The position numbers and the translations under genes are program-made. A stretch of DNA of 64,000 nt, taken from assembly GCA_047495785.1 (NCBI GenBank), contig JBLDXI010000061.1, positions 1 to 64,000 of the forward strand, given 5' to 3'. Origin of the DNA: Lepidodermella squamata. Its lineage: Eukaryota; Animalia; Gastrotricha. Position 1 is the stretch's first letter. Every line of letters starts with the position of its first letter. The notes below the pieces were generated by a model that searched no databases, was not told the origin of the DNA, and worked only from the letters and a program-made list of their open reading frames with translations. This document shows positions 1-12,938 of the stretch, piece after piece.

Positions 1-342
1 ACACATCTCGTGAGAGTGTGACTAATTTTCCCGAATTTTTGCATCATTCTAAATAATTCTAAAAAATATTTCATACCTTCAAAACCCGTAAAACGTTAAG
101 AGTTAAAAAATGAGAAAACTCCGAGTTTGAGTATTGTGAAATCACTTCTTTGTCTTAATTAATGACGCACATATTAATTAAACTTCATACTTACGCCCTC
201 GTGTAAAAGCGGCTAATATCTGCCCGCGTTCAAAAATTAGTCGGCCATTGTTCGCGGATTAAGTCAGACGGGCGACGGGCGGATTTTTTAAATAACCGCC
301 CGTCTGATTTTTGTCTTAACTCGAGCAACGGTCAACTCAGTG

Positions 343-1816
343 AAGTAACTTCAAATCATCGGAACAATAATTACTTTCATCGTACCATTTTTATCTGAAA
401 CCATCGGAACCATCGGAATTAATATTTAGCTATTAAAAATGCATTATTTCATCGGAAAAGTTTCATTTCAATAACAGTATATTCCGACACTTTAAGATAC
501 TGATTTCTGACGAATAATTATAAAGCTGTTTCAAAATTCAAACCCCGGCGCTTATTTCGAGTTGTTAGCCCTCCCTTTTTTCCTACTTCGACAGAAACAG
601 AGCTGGTTAGTTTGCCACGACCTCGACCTCGGCTACAGACAGTTTTGTCAACAGATGTCGATGTTAACCGACTACGACCACCACTTGGTTCAGAAACCAC
701 AGGTTCAGCTTGGGCTGGAACAAAAGCCGTACTACGACCACACCCGCGACCACGCATAGGCTCAGCAACCAACGCTTTCAGAAACCCAGTGATTGATGAG
801 ATCGTCGGTTTTCGAGAGAAATGCAGTGAGGGCGGGACAGTCCTATCAGTTCCTTCAGCCTTTAGCCGATTACTCAGCGATTCATTTGCACTATTAGTTA
901 TAGTGCGTCATTATTATAAAATCAGAGGCGCCTTCATACCAACCCGACAGCGGACCATAGATATAAATTGGCTCGAATTACTTAATGAAGTCTTCGTAAA
1001 CGTAAGGCGTTAGTAGCATTGGGAATAGCCCTTAGCTCATCCTTCGTCGATAGCCATAACACTAGGTATTGCAAAGAGAAATGAATTAATTATCGTCTGA
1101 AACCGTCGGAAATCGCCTCGTTGTAATCTTTCGCCTGTTGGACGACGGCTTCGTGGACCGCGTACCAAAGCATAATTCCACCCGCTGTACCAGCAAATTA
1201 CTGACTGAAACCATCGGAAAAACAAATAAAGCACTTACTTCCGAACCGTTTTCGGCAGTTAACTCATATGAAAGTAACACATATAGCCTTAAATCTCAAG
1301 CACGAAACACGGGATAATAGCCGCTTTGATGTAACCCCCTTGGATGGCCTTATTGTGGATCGCATCGACTTGAAAGCAATTTGAAAAGAAAATTGCAAGA
1401 AATCACCACGGTCCAAAAAGGCTTTTCTCCTTTTTCGCTGGCTGCTCGTCAAATTCATAATTGATCACTTATAAGGCGACTTATCAACGATTTCGAGGTC
1501 TTCCTATCCCATCAGCGGGTTCGAAAAAGAATTGACCGGCTCCTACCTTCTGCCTCATCATATGAGGCGTAATTTCGCAAAAATGCCATTTATTGTCAAT
1601 AAAGCAATCTTGAAATATGACCACTAAACCCATAGAACCCCTTTCCGATGAATTAATGGCGTGTTCCGATGAAATAATCGTATATTCCGATAGAATAATG
1701 CACGTTTTCGATTCCGATGGTTTAATGCGAAATTTTCTGAAAAATTGTATTTCCGATGGTTTAATAAAAAGAGTACGATGAAAGTTTTTATTGTTCCGAT
1801 GAAAAGATGTGGGTCC
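343..1816 (-). mobile_element. Decayed Mutator-like (MULE) transposon, mirror copy of 2799-4272
   Basis: Reverse complement of 2799-4272, including the TSD. Confidence 0.7.
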
Positions 1817-2798
1817 AACTCAGTGGCCATCTGTTCCGGACAAAAATTAAGACAAACCAAAAATAGACAAAAATTTAGCAACAGCAAAACTAGGTTTAAT
1901 ACAGAACGTAATTTTTACATTGGCCGCCAATATTTGAAAGAAAAATTCCTTGAGGGTTTGATTTTTACGTTGAGTTTTTTTCTCTGCTAACGTCAAAACA
2001 ATGCTAGTTCGGCTAGTTATCGAATTTGTCCCAATTGAATCGTTTTACCCTCAAAATTATACGGAGCTAATATTAATAATTTTAGCGGAACCAAATTTGC
2101 TGTAGTAGAACCAAATTTGGAATATACCAAGAGGAAAATTTGGAATATTTTTGCATAATTCGGGGCAGAATTCGAGGCTAAGCATTAATTGTGAATTGAA
2201 CACTCTGTATTATATAGAGAATGTTGCGCTGAATTTACTGGTAAATTGTCTAGATTTATTGTGGCCAATCTTGACCCTCAAGAAATATCCGCAAAACGAT
2301 TTCAGGCCACTAGAAAATTCCTAAATTTGGTTCCGTTAGAAGGAGGGCCCAATTTATATGTTTTAGCCACGGTTTTCCAAATCCTGTCTAACGGTGTGAA
2401 AATTGGCAAATTTTCCCGAAATCTCATGTAAAAAACATCAACTAAAATGTATATTTGTTCGCATTTCTGCCGCGAATTTGGTGAATTTGAAAATTACTTT
2501 CCGGTGAACCGTGAAAACCGCGAACCTTCAACCCTGGGCTACTAAATTATAATGGGCGACGATTAGCGACTGGGCTACTATTGGGACAAATTCGATAACT
2601 AGCCGAACTAGCATTGTTTTGACGTTAGCAGAGAAAAAAACTCAACGTAAAAATCAAACCCTCAAGGAATTTTTCTTTCAAATATTGGCGGCCAATGTAA
2701 AAATTACGTTCTGTATTAAACCTAGTTTTGCTGTTGCTAAATTTTTGTCTATTTTTGGTTTGTCTTAATTTTTGTCCGGAACAGATGGCCACTGAGTT

Positions 2799-4272
2799 GG
2801 ACCCACATCTTTTCATCGGAACAATAAAAACTTTCATCGTACTCTTTTTATTAAACCATCGGAAATACAATTTTTCAGAAAATTTCGCATTAAACCATCG
2901 GAATCGAAAACGTGCATTATTCTATCGGAATATACGATTATTTCATCGGAACACGCCATTAATTCATCGGAAAGGGGTTCTATGGGTTTAGTGGTCATAT
3001 TTCAAGATTGCTTTATTGACAATAAATGGCATTTTTGCGAAATTACGCCTCATATGATGAGGCAGAAGGTAGGAGCCGGTCAATTCTTTTTCGAACCCGC
3101 TGATGGGATAGGAAGACCTCGAAATCGTTGATAAGTCGCCTTATAAGTGATCAATTATGAATTTGACGAGCAGCCAGCGAAAAAGGAGAAAAGCCTTTTT
3201 GGACCGTGGTGATTTCTTGCAATTTTCTTTTCAAATTGCTTTCAAGTCGATGCGATCCACAATAAGGCCATCCAAGGGGGTTACATCAAAGCGGCTATTA
3301 TCCCGTGTTTCGTGCTTGAGATTTAAGGCTATATGTGTTACTTTCATATGAGTTAACTGCCGAAAACGGTTCGGAAGTAAGTGCTTTATTTGTTTTTCCG
3401 ATGGTTTCAGTCAGTAATTTGCTGGTACAGCGGGTGGAATTATGCTTTGGTACGCGGTCCACGAAGCCGTCGTCCAACAGGCGAAAGATTACAACGAGGC
3501 GATTTCCGACGGTTTCAGACGATAATTAATTCATTTCTCTTTGCAATACCTAGTGTTATGGCTATCGACGAAGGATGAGCTAAGGGCTATTCCCAATGCT
3601 ACTAACGCCTTACGTTTACGAAGACTTCATTAAGTAATTCGAGCCAATTTATATCTATGGTCCGCTGTCGGGTTGGTATGAAGGCGCCTCTGATTTTATA
3701 ATAATGACGCACTATAACTAATAGTGCAAATGAATCGCTGAGTAATCGGCTAAAGGCTGAAGGAACTGATAGGACTGTCCCGCCCTCACTGCATTTCTCT
3801 CGAAAACCGACGATCTCATCAATCACTGGGTTTCTGAAAGCGTTGGTTGCTGAGCCTATGCGTGGTCGCGGGTGTGGTCGTAGTACGGCTTTTGTTCCAG
3901 CCCAAGCTGAACCTGTGGTTTCTGAACCAAGTGGTGGTCGTAGTCGGTTAACATCGACATCTGTTGACAAAACTGTCTGTAGCCGAGGTCGAGGTCGTGG
4001 CAAACTAACCAGCTCTGTTTCTGTCGAAGTAGGAAAAAAGGGAGGGCTAACAACTCGAAATAAGCGCCGGGGTTTGAATTTTGAAACAGCTTTATAATTA
4101 TTCGTCAGAAATCAGTATCTTAAAGTGTCGGAATATACTGTTATTGAAATGAAACTTTTCCGATGAAATAATGCATTTTTAATAGCTAAATATTAATTCC
4201 GATGGTTCCGATGGTTTCAGATAAAAATGGTACGATGAAAGTAATTATTGTTCCGATGATTTGAAGTTACTT
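2799..4272 (+). mobile_element. Decayed Mutator-like (MULE) transposon with transposase pseudogene
   Basis: 9-bp direct repeat CACTGAGTT at 2790-2798 and 4273-4281. Inverted subterminal arrays of (TTT/AAC)CATCGGAA. Broken frames contain MCYFHM (3333-3350), GWYEGA (3671-3688) and TNSANESLSNRLK (from 3717), matching MULE CxxH and WYEG...TNN.LES.N..IK motifs, with stops and frameshifts. Confidence 0.7.
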
Positions 4273-5989
4273 CACTGAGTTGACCGTTGCTCGAGTTAAG
4301 ACAAAAATCAGACGGGCGGTTATTTAAAAAATCCGCCCGTCGCCCGTCTGACTTAATCCGCGAACAATGGCCGACTAATTTTTGAACGCGGGCAGATATT
4401 AGCCGCTTTTACACGAGGGCGTAAGTATGAAGTTTAATTAATATGTGCGTCATTAATTAAGACAAAGAAGTGATTTCACAATACTCAAACTCGGAGTTTT
4501 CTCATTTTTTAACTCTTAACGTTTTACGGGTTTTGAAGGTATGAAATATTTTTTAGAATTATTTAGAATGATGCAAAAATTCGGGAAAATTAGTCACTAT
4601 GCCTCTTGATGGCTTCTCCATCTCTCGGGAAAATAAATTGCCAATAATTGCAGTGATTTTGGTAGAAAAGTGAAAAATACCTACCTTTGATACAAAAAAA
4701 TGAGATTGATACAAATTTCTATTTTTTGAGCCATGAGCCATGTGATCAAATGTTCCATAAATAGCGCATACACCTTGAAAATGAGATGAATGACAAAGAA
4801 ATTTATTCAAACTAGTCAGTGAGGTTAGCACCAGAAGATTGCTGTGGCATTCGAAATTAAAAATTAAAAAAAAATTAGCAGCTTAATAAGACGCTTGTTC
4901 GGCCGGAAATAATCGATTTTTTCCGCGGGTTATCCACCTTAATTTCTTCAGCTTGGAACCACAGACCCAAAAATAATAAATTCAACTGATCATTCTCATT
5001 AACAAAATTCAAAGCCGAAATAGTAATCAAATCAGACAAATAATTCAATAATAATAATTTTCTTCGAGCAGGAAAGGGATCTTTTTATTTGGCTTAGCTG
5101 CGAATTCATGCTAGAAATTTATTTCAAATGCTGCGTCTAATCTCATGAAGCGATAAGGGGAGCCATGATCACTATAGCTGATAATATATTTGATTGATAT
5201 ATTAGGAATTGTTTTATAATTTTTGGGTCCAAATTTAGCGCTGCGGCCAACTTAATTATTTTAGTGACAAAAATGACAGAAATTTCTCACCGCCATTATC
5301 TTAATTTTCATGACTGTCAATACTTACGCAATATACCTTTAACACCTCAATAATTACCTCAAAAATTACCAAATTACCAATTACCAAAAATTACCAAAAA
5401 AATTAAAATTTAATGTGGCATTTTCATCTCTTGCGGCGATTGCGCAACACGTAATACTACTGTGTAGACTTAATTACTATGAACAGTCAGAAATACATAT
5501 GTGTTTGTAGTGTAAAAGCGGCTATTACTACAAGTGGGTAATAATACGCATTAGCAGGTCAAAATTTTCCATGTCGCAAATGCTAAAACATAGTACGAAT
5601 TGCATGTACACGGGAGCTTTTTCATAGGAGGATTGAAACCGGTGAAAGACGACTGATGACGCCATGTCGCGAGAGTCAGCATGTCATCCGATGTTGTGCG
5701 GCATCGAGTGGCGACACTGCACAGAGCACATTTTTAACTGGCACACCCTAATCCTTCTGTGAATGGGATTCATTTCTTAACGCTCCCTATTGATGCTTTT
5801 TGACGACCGACGGCCCGACAGAACACGACAGACACAACCCGCGACAACGGAGCTCCCCGTCACCAACGATTAAATAGTATAAAATACATGTAATCGTTCT
5901 TATTTCACGCCTTCCTAACAGCAAACGAATTTTTATTATTCATAATTGCACCAGGGTTTGCAAAAGATGATATTTTCGTATAAGTATAC

Positions 5990-6340
5990 ACTTCTCGTAA
6001 CAACAAAAACAAAGCAAATTCATGATATTCCTTATGCCCTTAATGGCCGCTTGTCAACATGACTTCTCGGGTGGCCTCGGTGGCAACGTGCGCAAATGCT
6101 CTAATGGCTACACAAAACGTTCTCAGATAGCATTCTAACAATAGCCTATATTTGACGGCCGTTACCATATGCCATATGTAACAATTTTTCTCAGCGCAGC
6201 CGCTTGCATACAGAGCTGTGTACAAACTCAAATCCAATATTACCTTCAATAAATTTACTCGGATGGAGGATCGAACAAGAGCAGCAGCGGTGATCAATGA
6301 ACCGGGATTGATTGTGGCATACGTAAGTCTAGAACTAGCC
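5990..6340 (+). pseudogene. Decayed relic of EGF exons of the long-form EGF-lectin gene
   Basis: GCCTCGGTGGCAACGTGCGCAAATGC and GATTGTGGCATACGTAAGT resemble the EGF exons at 31117 and 31576. Frames are broken. Similar to 24030-24660. Confidence 0.6.
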
Positions 6341-6529
6341 ATTTCAATCATCTGAAGTGCGAGTATCACTTTCGGTTTATTTCAAGTTAATGTACTCTTA
6401 AGGCCACAAAAATAGGACCTTAAGGGACGGTACAGATTCCGGTGTGGTTTTAACTGTTGACTATTCGGAATATTAACTTAGCTTTAAGTTATAACCAGAT
6501 TTTAAATTTCATCGCGAAAAATGAACAAA

Positions 6530-6655
6530 TTAGTTTGAATTGTTAAAGTTCGTTTCAATTTATTCTCGTTTGAATTCACAGTTGATTAATTAGGTCCGAA
6601 TTTTTTCTCAGGTTGCGCTGCATTTTTAGTTTAAGAAAGTAGGAGGACGATTGGG
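6530..6655 (+). repeat. ~125-bp direct repeat, second copy at ~8127-8246
   Basis: TTGAATT.TTAAAGTTC.TTTCAATTTATTCT...GGTTGCGCTGCATTTTTAGTTTAAGAAAGTAG.AGGACGATT is present twice. Confidence 0.85.
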
Positions 6656-8260
6656 AACATCAGTAGTAGAGCTAATCATGAGTTGCTCGGATAATTTCAA
6701 GACGGCTACAAATGTGGGTATGATGGAATTTGAAATTGTGGGTAAAAATGGAATTTGAGGGCCGATTGAAAATTCCTGAGGGGTTTTGACTCAGTTCATT
6801 CGGAATTCTGAGTTCACGGTATAGCCAGGATATCAACAACAATGATCATTTTATTTTATAAAAACGATGGTCTGCAGGTAGCGCATAGGCCCCTGTTGCC
6901 CGAAGACACAGAAAGAGGATCTAGATTTTGTTTATAACAATAGCAGAATTAGGAAAAAAACAACGAGTAGGTAAATCTAGCTGTATAGGTGTCGCTGGAC
7001 AATCACTTTGTTGTCCCTAATTATACAATTATCTTGTCCCTAAGAATAATGGCAATCAATTAAAAAGCAGCGTGTGAAGTAGAGGGGGAGGTGGGGATCA
7101 TCCAGCATCCAGGTCTCTGACCTAGCAAGATTCTTCTTATATTCCCTGCCCGATTTCTTTCAATTGTTCACAATTATTTTGACTTGGAATTTGTTGAAAA
7201 TTGCAACATCCTGAGGAGGGGCGGCGGGAGCTACTGCCCGATTTTGTGACGGCATGATTTCTCTAGTTCGGCCATCTGACGACGGATGGATATAACTCAA
7301 CTCAGTAAATTTCTACAAATTTATTATATTAGGATGGCAGCCTGGAAGGCAGCTCGTAATTGAAGAGTAGCTTGGGTCGACGAGTGAATTAGCCGCGCAT
7401 TATCGGCTGAAATAGATCAAAGACCTTGCGGCTGAAGAGATTTGCTAGGCTGTGACGTGGTTTTGGACTTGCTTCTAGTGCATTGCCGTTGACTGTTGAC
7501 GAATTTGTATACCACGCGGCCTGGTAAAAATCGCGTTTCCTCGCGCAACTCGAAATAGGTAGCCAGCTCAGTTTCTTCATCAATCAGGGTTTGGGGTTGT
7601 AATAAGTGATCCTTCTTTGAGCTCCGACAAAACCTGAGACCTTGGGCTCGCGCCTTTGACGGGTGTAAATTTTGGATGGATAAATCATCATTTTGAAGCC
7701 ATGAGCAATAGATGATCTCTATGTTTGAAGCTAATTTTTGCTACTACAGTGTTAATCGCAGAATTCATTTATTTTTCCAAATTTCAGCAAAATGACACAG
7801 TGTACCCCAGTACATGTAAACCAAATGTTGCCCAATTCAGAAAGATGGAATATGCTAATAAGTTGGCTGCTAGCTATGGCGCGTTGCAAGTCCTAAGACC
7901 TGATCATCCAAGATCCAATAAGCAATACTGTCATTTCGGGTAGAATCAAAGTCGCAGAAACTGAGGGTCACTAGTGTAGTTGATATGAGCATGGGCGACA
8001 GCGGAGAACCCTGTGTCACGCCGCACTGCAGCTGGAACTGTCTGCTCAAAAAAACCTACCAGGCGAGCTTGTAACTTCCGATCTCGGAGATGGTCGGCGA
8101 GCCATCCGATCGGGTTGAGCAAATTACTTTGAATTTTTAAAGTTCATTTCAATTTATTCTGGTTTAAATGCACAGTGGATTAATTAGGTCCAAATTTTTT
8201 CTCGGGTTGCGCTGCATTTTTAGTTTAAGAAAGTAGTAGGACGATTTGAGACCATTGATA

Positions 8261-8478
8261 CAAGGTTTTGAGACCAGGACACCGTTATCTTGCATGGTCA
8301 GGACATACTAGCAATTTGAAAATAGTCAACCTGAGATTGCAATTTCGAATTTTTTCAACTTGAAATTTCATAGGGTTCCCGATCATTAATTGATCCCACA
8401 AAAAATATCACCGTGTCCACCGTAGTCTCATTGACCTCTGTGTCATCAAGATAACGGTGTCCTGATCTCAAAACCTTG
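8261..8478. mobile_element. MITE, Tc1/mariner-type (TA TSD)
   Basis: ~32-bp TIR CAAGGTTTTGAGA(C/T)CAGGACACCGTTATCTTG, flanked by TA on both sides. Confidence 0.8.
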
Positions 8479-9157
8479 TAGCCAACATCGACAAGCAATA
8501 TTTCTTAAAAGGGCGATCAAAAATTCATCAAATTCAATTTCTGCTAATTTTCAAAGTCGAAATTCCGAAATCGTCCTTCCGGCCGGGAAAGGGATAAGGA
8601 TAAGGGTCCCCATTTGGTCTGTGAATGAGCCCACCGTGCGGACCGATGGAACTGGTAGGGATGATCCCTACCATCCATAGCGGTACTTCGCTCGCGGTAT
8701 AGCGGTATAGCGGCTCGTTTTCAAGGTTAAATCAACACAAATTATTTTAACTCAAATTTCGAGGATTCGAAAACCATTCTTGAAACTAACGAAACATCGA
8801 AGCTAACGAAACACGGCCCAATTTCCGCTTCAAGAGACTTTCCGCATTAGATGAGCTCAATTTTAGTAATCAAATTTGAATTATTAAAGGATTTTCGGAG
8901 GTTTGAAGAAGACGACCTCATACAAAATGTTGCGTGAATCTTTTGTTAAAACAGTAAACGTGATCTCGCTCCGCTCGTTACGTTGTTTTTTATGACTTAA
9001 TTATGTTATCACTTAAGCTTCGCATAGGGTAAAATGCGCGTTTGGATAATGCCAGTGATGATACTCACAGCGCAATTTTCGTGAAAGTAGTCAATTATCC
9101 GCACTGAACATATATGCTACGGCGAACAAGCGACAGAGGGAGGGCATCCACGCAACC

Positions 9158-9176
9158 TGAAGCTAACCACTTGGTG
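9158..9176 (+). promoter_or_regulatory. Conserved upstream motif of the EGF-lectin genes (TGAAGCTAACYACTTGGTG), also at 26173-26191 and 29426-29444
   Basis: Same 19-mer starts ~80 nt upstream of the ATG in all three intact paralogs, while the flanks are more diverged. Confidence 0.55.
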
Positions 9177-9241
9177 ATTATAGTGTGGTTTCATTATCAC
9201 TGAAGCTTTATTGTTTTTCTCGAGAAAATCCTCTGCATAAA

Positions 9242-12130
9242 ATGGCCTTGTTACTGATTGTCCTAGGTAAATTTTGAATATTTCCGCTAGTTACTTCCCA
9301 TCGCTCGATTATCGTCTTTAAATTACTTACACGGTTTTTGAAGCCTGCCTAAAATTGATACCTCTTTTTAAACGGAAATTGTCGCCTTAAATTGACTAAA
9401 ACAAGCTTGAATACGAGTTACAGTGCTTCTTGGATGTTTGCAGAAGCCAGGCCATCGCATTTATTCCGGGTTATTTATTAACGCTAACTCCTATCTTTCA
9501 TCAACAAAGGGCTGGCAAGCATCGGATATTCCTCTGGCTGCTCTCCGACCCTGCAAAAGACCGCCCTAGTAAGTTTCTAACCAACTTCTCTATAATCAGT
9601 GTACCAATGGTATTCCAGGCATGTAAGAATGGTGGTACGTACGATTCTTCTTCTGATACATGTCGCTGCTCGTATGGCTACAACGGCACGCAGTGCGAAA
9701 ATTGTAAGTTCTACTTGCGAGCTAATAATCGATATAAAATGTAACCTAATCTTTACAGATTGGTGTGCGGGCTGCAAAAACGGAGGGACCTGTAGTGGTC
9801 CTAACACCTGCACCTGCGCAAGTGGCTGGCGTGGATCGACCTGCGACGAATGTGAGTTGAAGCCTCCGACGAGAAAATCAATTGCTCATTTTTTCTGGGT
9901 AGATAACTGCCTCCAGTCCTGGTGCTGGAACGGTGGCGTGTGCACTGGCTCAAACACTTGCCTCTGTCTGCCTGCATGGACTGGGCCGAATTGCAACATA
10001 TGTAAGCTCATCGAAGTCGAAAAATTACATAACTATTGACATTTTCACTGTATTCTAATTTCAGCTTCGTGTACGCCACTATGCGCAAACAACGGCGTTT
10101 GCCTCTCCGGCAATCAATGTAACTGCAGGGACGGCTTTACCGGCTCGAGATGCACTGAATGTAAGACTGGCAAGAAATTAATCCCAACTGACTCATCTGT
10201 TTTAATTTCCAGTTGCCTGCCCTAAACCCTGCCAGAATGGCGGTACCTGCTCAGCCCCGAACACTTGCACTTGCGCATTTGGATATTTAGATGCTGACTG
10301 CTCCAGGGGTAAGGAGTTTCGCCATGGAATACAACCATGATAACCGATTTAATTATTCAGCCAAGTACTATCTAGCTGGGACCACGTCTGATTTCCGCAC
10401 AGCTACAACTATATGTGAGAAAGCAAACAGCCGTGCTGTTGTGATTTCTACGCAAGCTGAGCTGGACAAGGCAAAAGCCAGCTTAGGGGCAAGGGCCGCA
10501 GTTTGGATTGCGCTATCGGCCGGTTTTCGCTGGGCCTATGACAACTCGGCAGTTGGCCTGACAAATATTTGGGGACCTGGCGAGCCGAGTGGTGATGGCA
10601 GCTGTAAGAGCAATAGCGCAAAGTAGTGCGCAACCTCGGTCCTCAAAGCCCAGTAACATTTAGATTTAGGCTAAATGCTACTGAGCTTTAGAGATTAAGG
10701 GCAACCGGTCGAGGCTTTCGCCTGAAAACTGTTGATGTTTGTACGAGAGGTAACGGGTAATGTATTCTCTATCTCAAAAGAAGAGAAAGCGCATTGGCAG
10801 AGAACTCTTATTCACTTTATTTAAACGTGACGTTTCGGCTCTTTCGTGAGCCATCATCAGACTAGAAAGCAAAACAAGATAAAGAACAAGGTAAGGGGAA
10901 ATCACAACAAAGAAAGTCCACAACAAAAAAGTATGAAGAGCACTAAAATAGCTTCAATTTGATAGAATCTGTTTGCACGTTTAGGCTCATTGCTAGTTTA
11001 CGGTGTTACGCAAATGCAGAAACAGATGGGACTGCTTATTGCACGAAAGCTTGTTGATAAAGAAAATCGAACTAGCAATGAGCCTAAACGTGCAAACAGA
11101 TTCTATCAAATTGAAGCTATTTTAGTGCTCTTCATACTTTTTTGTTGTGGACTTTCTTTGTTGTGATTTCCCCTTACCTTGTTCTTTATCTTGTTTTGCT
11201 TTCTAGTCTGATGATGGCTCACGAAAGAGCCGAAACGTCACGTTTAAATAAAGTGAATAAGAGTTCTCTGCCAATGCGCTTTCTCTTCAAATTATACCCT
11301 ACACGGGTGTTTATATCAAGTATGAAACGCGGCAACTATCTCAAAAGGTGGTAAGTAAAATCCCAAAAACCAAAAGGGGCCCTTTTGTCAGATTAAGTCG
11401 GGGCTGAAAATTCCCAAACGTACCCCCACCTCGAGAATACTGCCTCAACCACCGGTACAGCAGAAAAAATTGGACATCTTATGCAGATTTAGGTTACCTT
11501 ACCCTACGGGAGTGGAAAACTTGGGATCGTGCAATTAAGATTTTTACTGCGCTAGTCTCGCTGACTAATTGCGTATAACATTTCAGGTGTCGTTCTGTAT
11601 GGCCCGGTCAATGGGCTTAACGATGGATCTTGTTCCTCTGTCCTTACAGTGCTTTGCCAAAGTTTAACCGATGTAAGCTCGTTTAATACCGTTTTAATAC
11701 TGTGACTTAATTCATTCCAACCAACTGTGAAATAGGATACTGATGTTCAAATCGTCAAGCCCGATGCTAATTGGGCGACTGCTAAAAGCAATTGCGAAGC
11801 AAAAGGACTCAGACTAGCCGTCCTGAAGACGCGAACAATCGTTCAGTCTATGCTTGACCAAAGTAAAACTGGATGGGTCGCCGCGAAACGTCCCGATGGG
11901 AACAATTTCTACTGGTCAACGGGCGCAGTTGTCACTTCGAGCAATACCATTCCACCATGGGCAACAGGCCAGCCAGAAATGAGCGATAGCAAGCAATGTA
12001 ACCCCCTTAAAAATAACATTATTTTAATTCGATTTCCTGTAATTCAGGCGTTACGATGGATACGTCGGGTCAAATGACAGTTACAAAGTGCAGTGATAGC
12101 TACGATGCGCTATGCGAGTATACATCCTAG
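9242..12130 (+). CDS. Secreted EGF-repeat / double C-type lectin protein, copy A (signal peptide + 5 EGF + 2 CTLD; 11 exons)
   Basis: GT-AG exons join in frame: MALLLIVLG|LASIGYS..., five one-exon EGF modules (C.NGG.C...C.C..GW.G..C), CTLD1 (WIAL...[12 protein letters not shown]...LND), CTLD2 (WVAA...WATGQPE...C...ALCEYTS*). Stop TAG at 12128-12130. Confidence 0.9.
10827..10862 (-). ncRNA. Mirror copy of the minimal hammerhead motif
   Basis: Reverse complement of 11206-11241 within the inverted pLTR. Confidence 0.6.
11206..11241 (+). ncRNA. Minimal hammerhead ribozyme motif in the pLTR
   Basis: CTGATGA (11208-14), T, stem II GGCTC-ACGAAA-GAGCC, GAAAC (11232-36), GTC. Palindromic ACGT in stem III and only a 2-bp stem I, as in minimal dimer-type PLE hammerheads. 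Confidence 0.65.
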
Positions 12131-12336
12131 AGTGGAAATCAACAAGACGCGTTGTAGATTTTATAAATTTCACAATTATTGTGGCGGTTGCGAGATGAGC
12201 ATTATAGATGCTTTCGGAATCCTGTATTCTCCATTATTCCCTAGCAACCGATAAATTGCTTTTAAGATACATTTCGTTTATAAATAAAGTTAATTTCGAA
12301 GACGGCATTGTATTTTTATTGTTATTATTTTCTTTG

Positions 12337-12756
12337 TATATGTCGTATATAATGTGGACTTTTATCTAAAGTCAACTTTACATAGCAAAAATGCCCTATG
12401 TAATGTTGATTTTCATCCCGATTTTTGAAAGCCCTTGGAATCCCAAGTTGACCACAAATTAGAGTCGGCATCGAGGAATTCGAATCTGATATTTTGAAAG
12501 AAATACCGATCACCCAAACCCCCAAAATGATCGATTTTCGAAAATCGATTCCGATCGATTTTTCGAATATAGTCGATATCATCGGCCATGTGAATAAATA
12601 AATTCATTTTCGAATTCCTCGATGCCGACTCTAATTTGTGGTCAACTTGGGATTCCAAGGGCTTTCAAAAATCGGGATGAAAATCAACATTACATAGGGC
12701 ATTTTTGCTATGTAAAGTTGACTTTAGATAAAAGTCCACATTATATACGACATATA
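12337..12756. mobile_element. Long-TIR MITE / foldback element (148-bp arms)
   Basis: Arms 12337-12484 and 12609-12756 are reverse complements with TATA ends. A related terminus lies at ~23430-23508. Confidence 0.85.
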
Positions 12757-12938
12757 TATGTACTCATGTATAATGTATATGGAAATAATTTAAGTTCAGA
12801 CTTCTGCAACTGGTTGTGTTTGATCAAATCCGAACGACTATAGTTTTCTAAAATTTATAAAATTGCCTGATAAATTTCGAATCTTTCAATTCCACGCCTC
12901 ATAACAACAGCACAAGGATTTTCTCTTTTCGTAACAAC

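Larger units (their letters stand above)
18..4597. repeat. Giant inverted repeat: arms 18-2035 and 2580-4597 (2,018 bp each), 544-bp spacer
   Basis: Mirror coordinates sum to 4615 throughout. All ORF-track pairs are identical (e.g. 612..1013+ and 3602..4003-). Complementarity breaks at 17/4598 and 2036/2579. No flanking TSD. Confidence 0.97.
10781..11335 (+). mobile_element. 5'-truncated Penelope-like retroelement (PLE) with inverted pLTR, inserted in an intron of lectin copy A
   Basis: 12-bp TSD CTATCTCAAAAG (10769-10780 and 11336-11347). 219-bp inverted arms 10780-10998 and 11070-11288. 10997-11125 reads [42 protein letters not shown], like the C-terminus of a PLE GIY-YIG endonuclease. Absent from the equivalent intron of copy B (~27800). 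Confidence 0.85.

Noticed and set aside
518-4097. Short paired ORFs in the palindrome arms as real genes
   Set aside because: They are fragments or antisense frames of the decayed MULE transposase and its TIR repeats.
5640-5690. CTGATGA here (and CTGAAGA at 24378) as additional hammerheads
   Set aside because: No stem II followed by GAAA in the right position.
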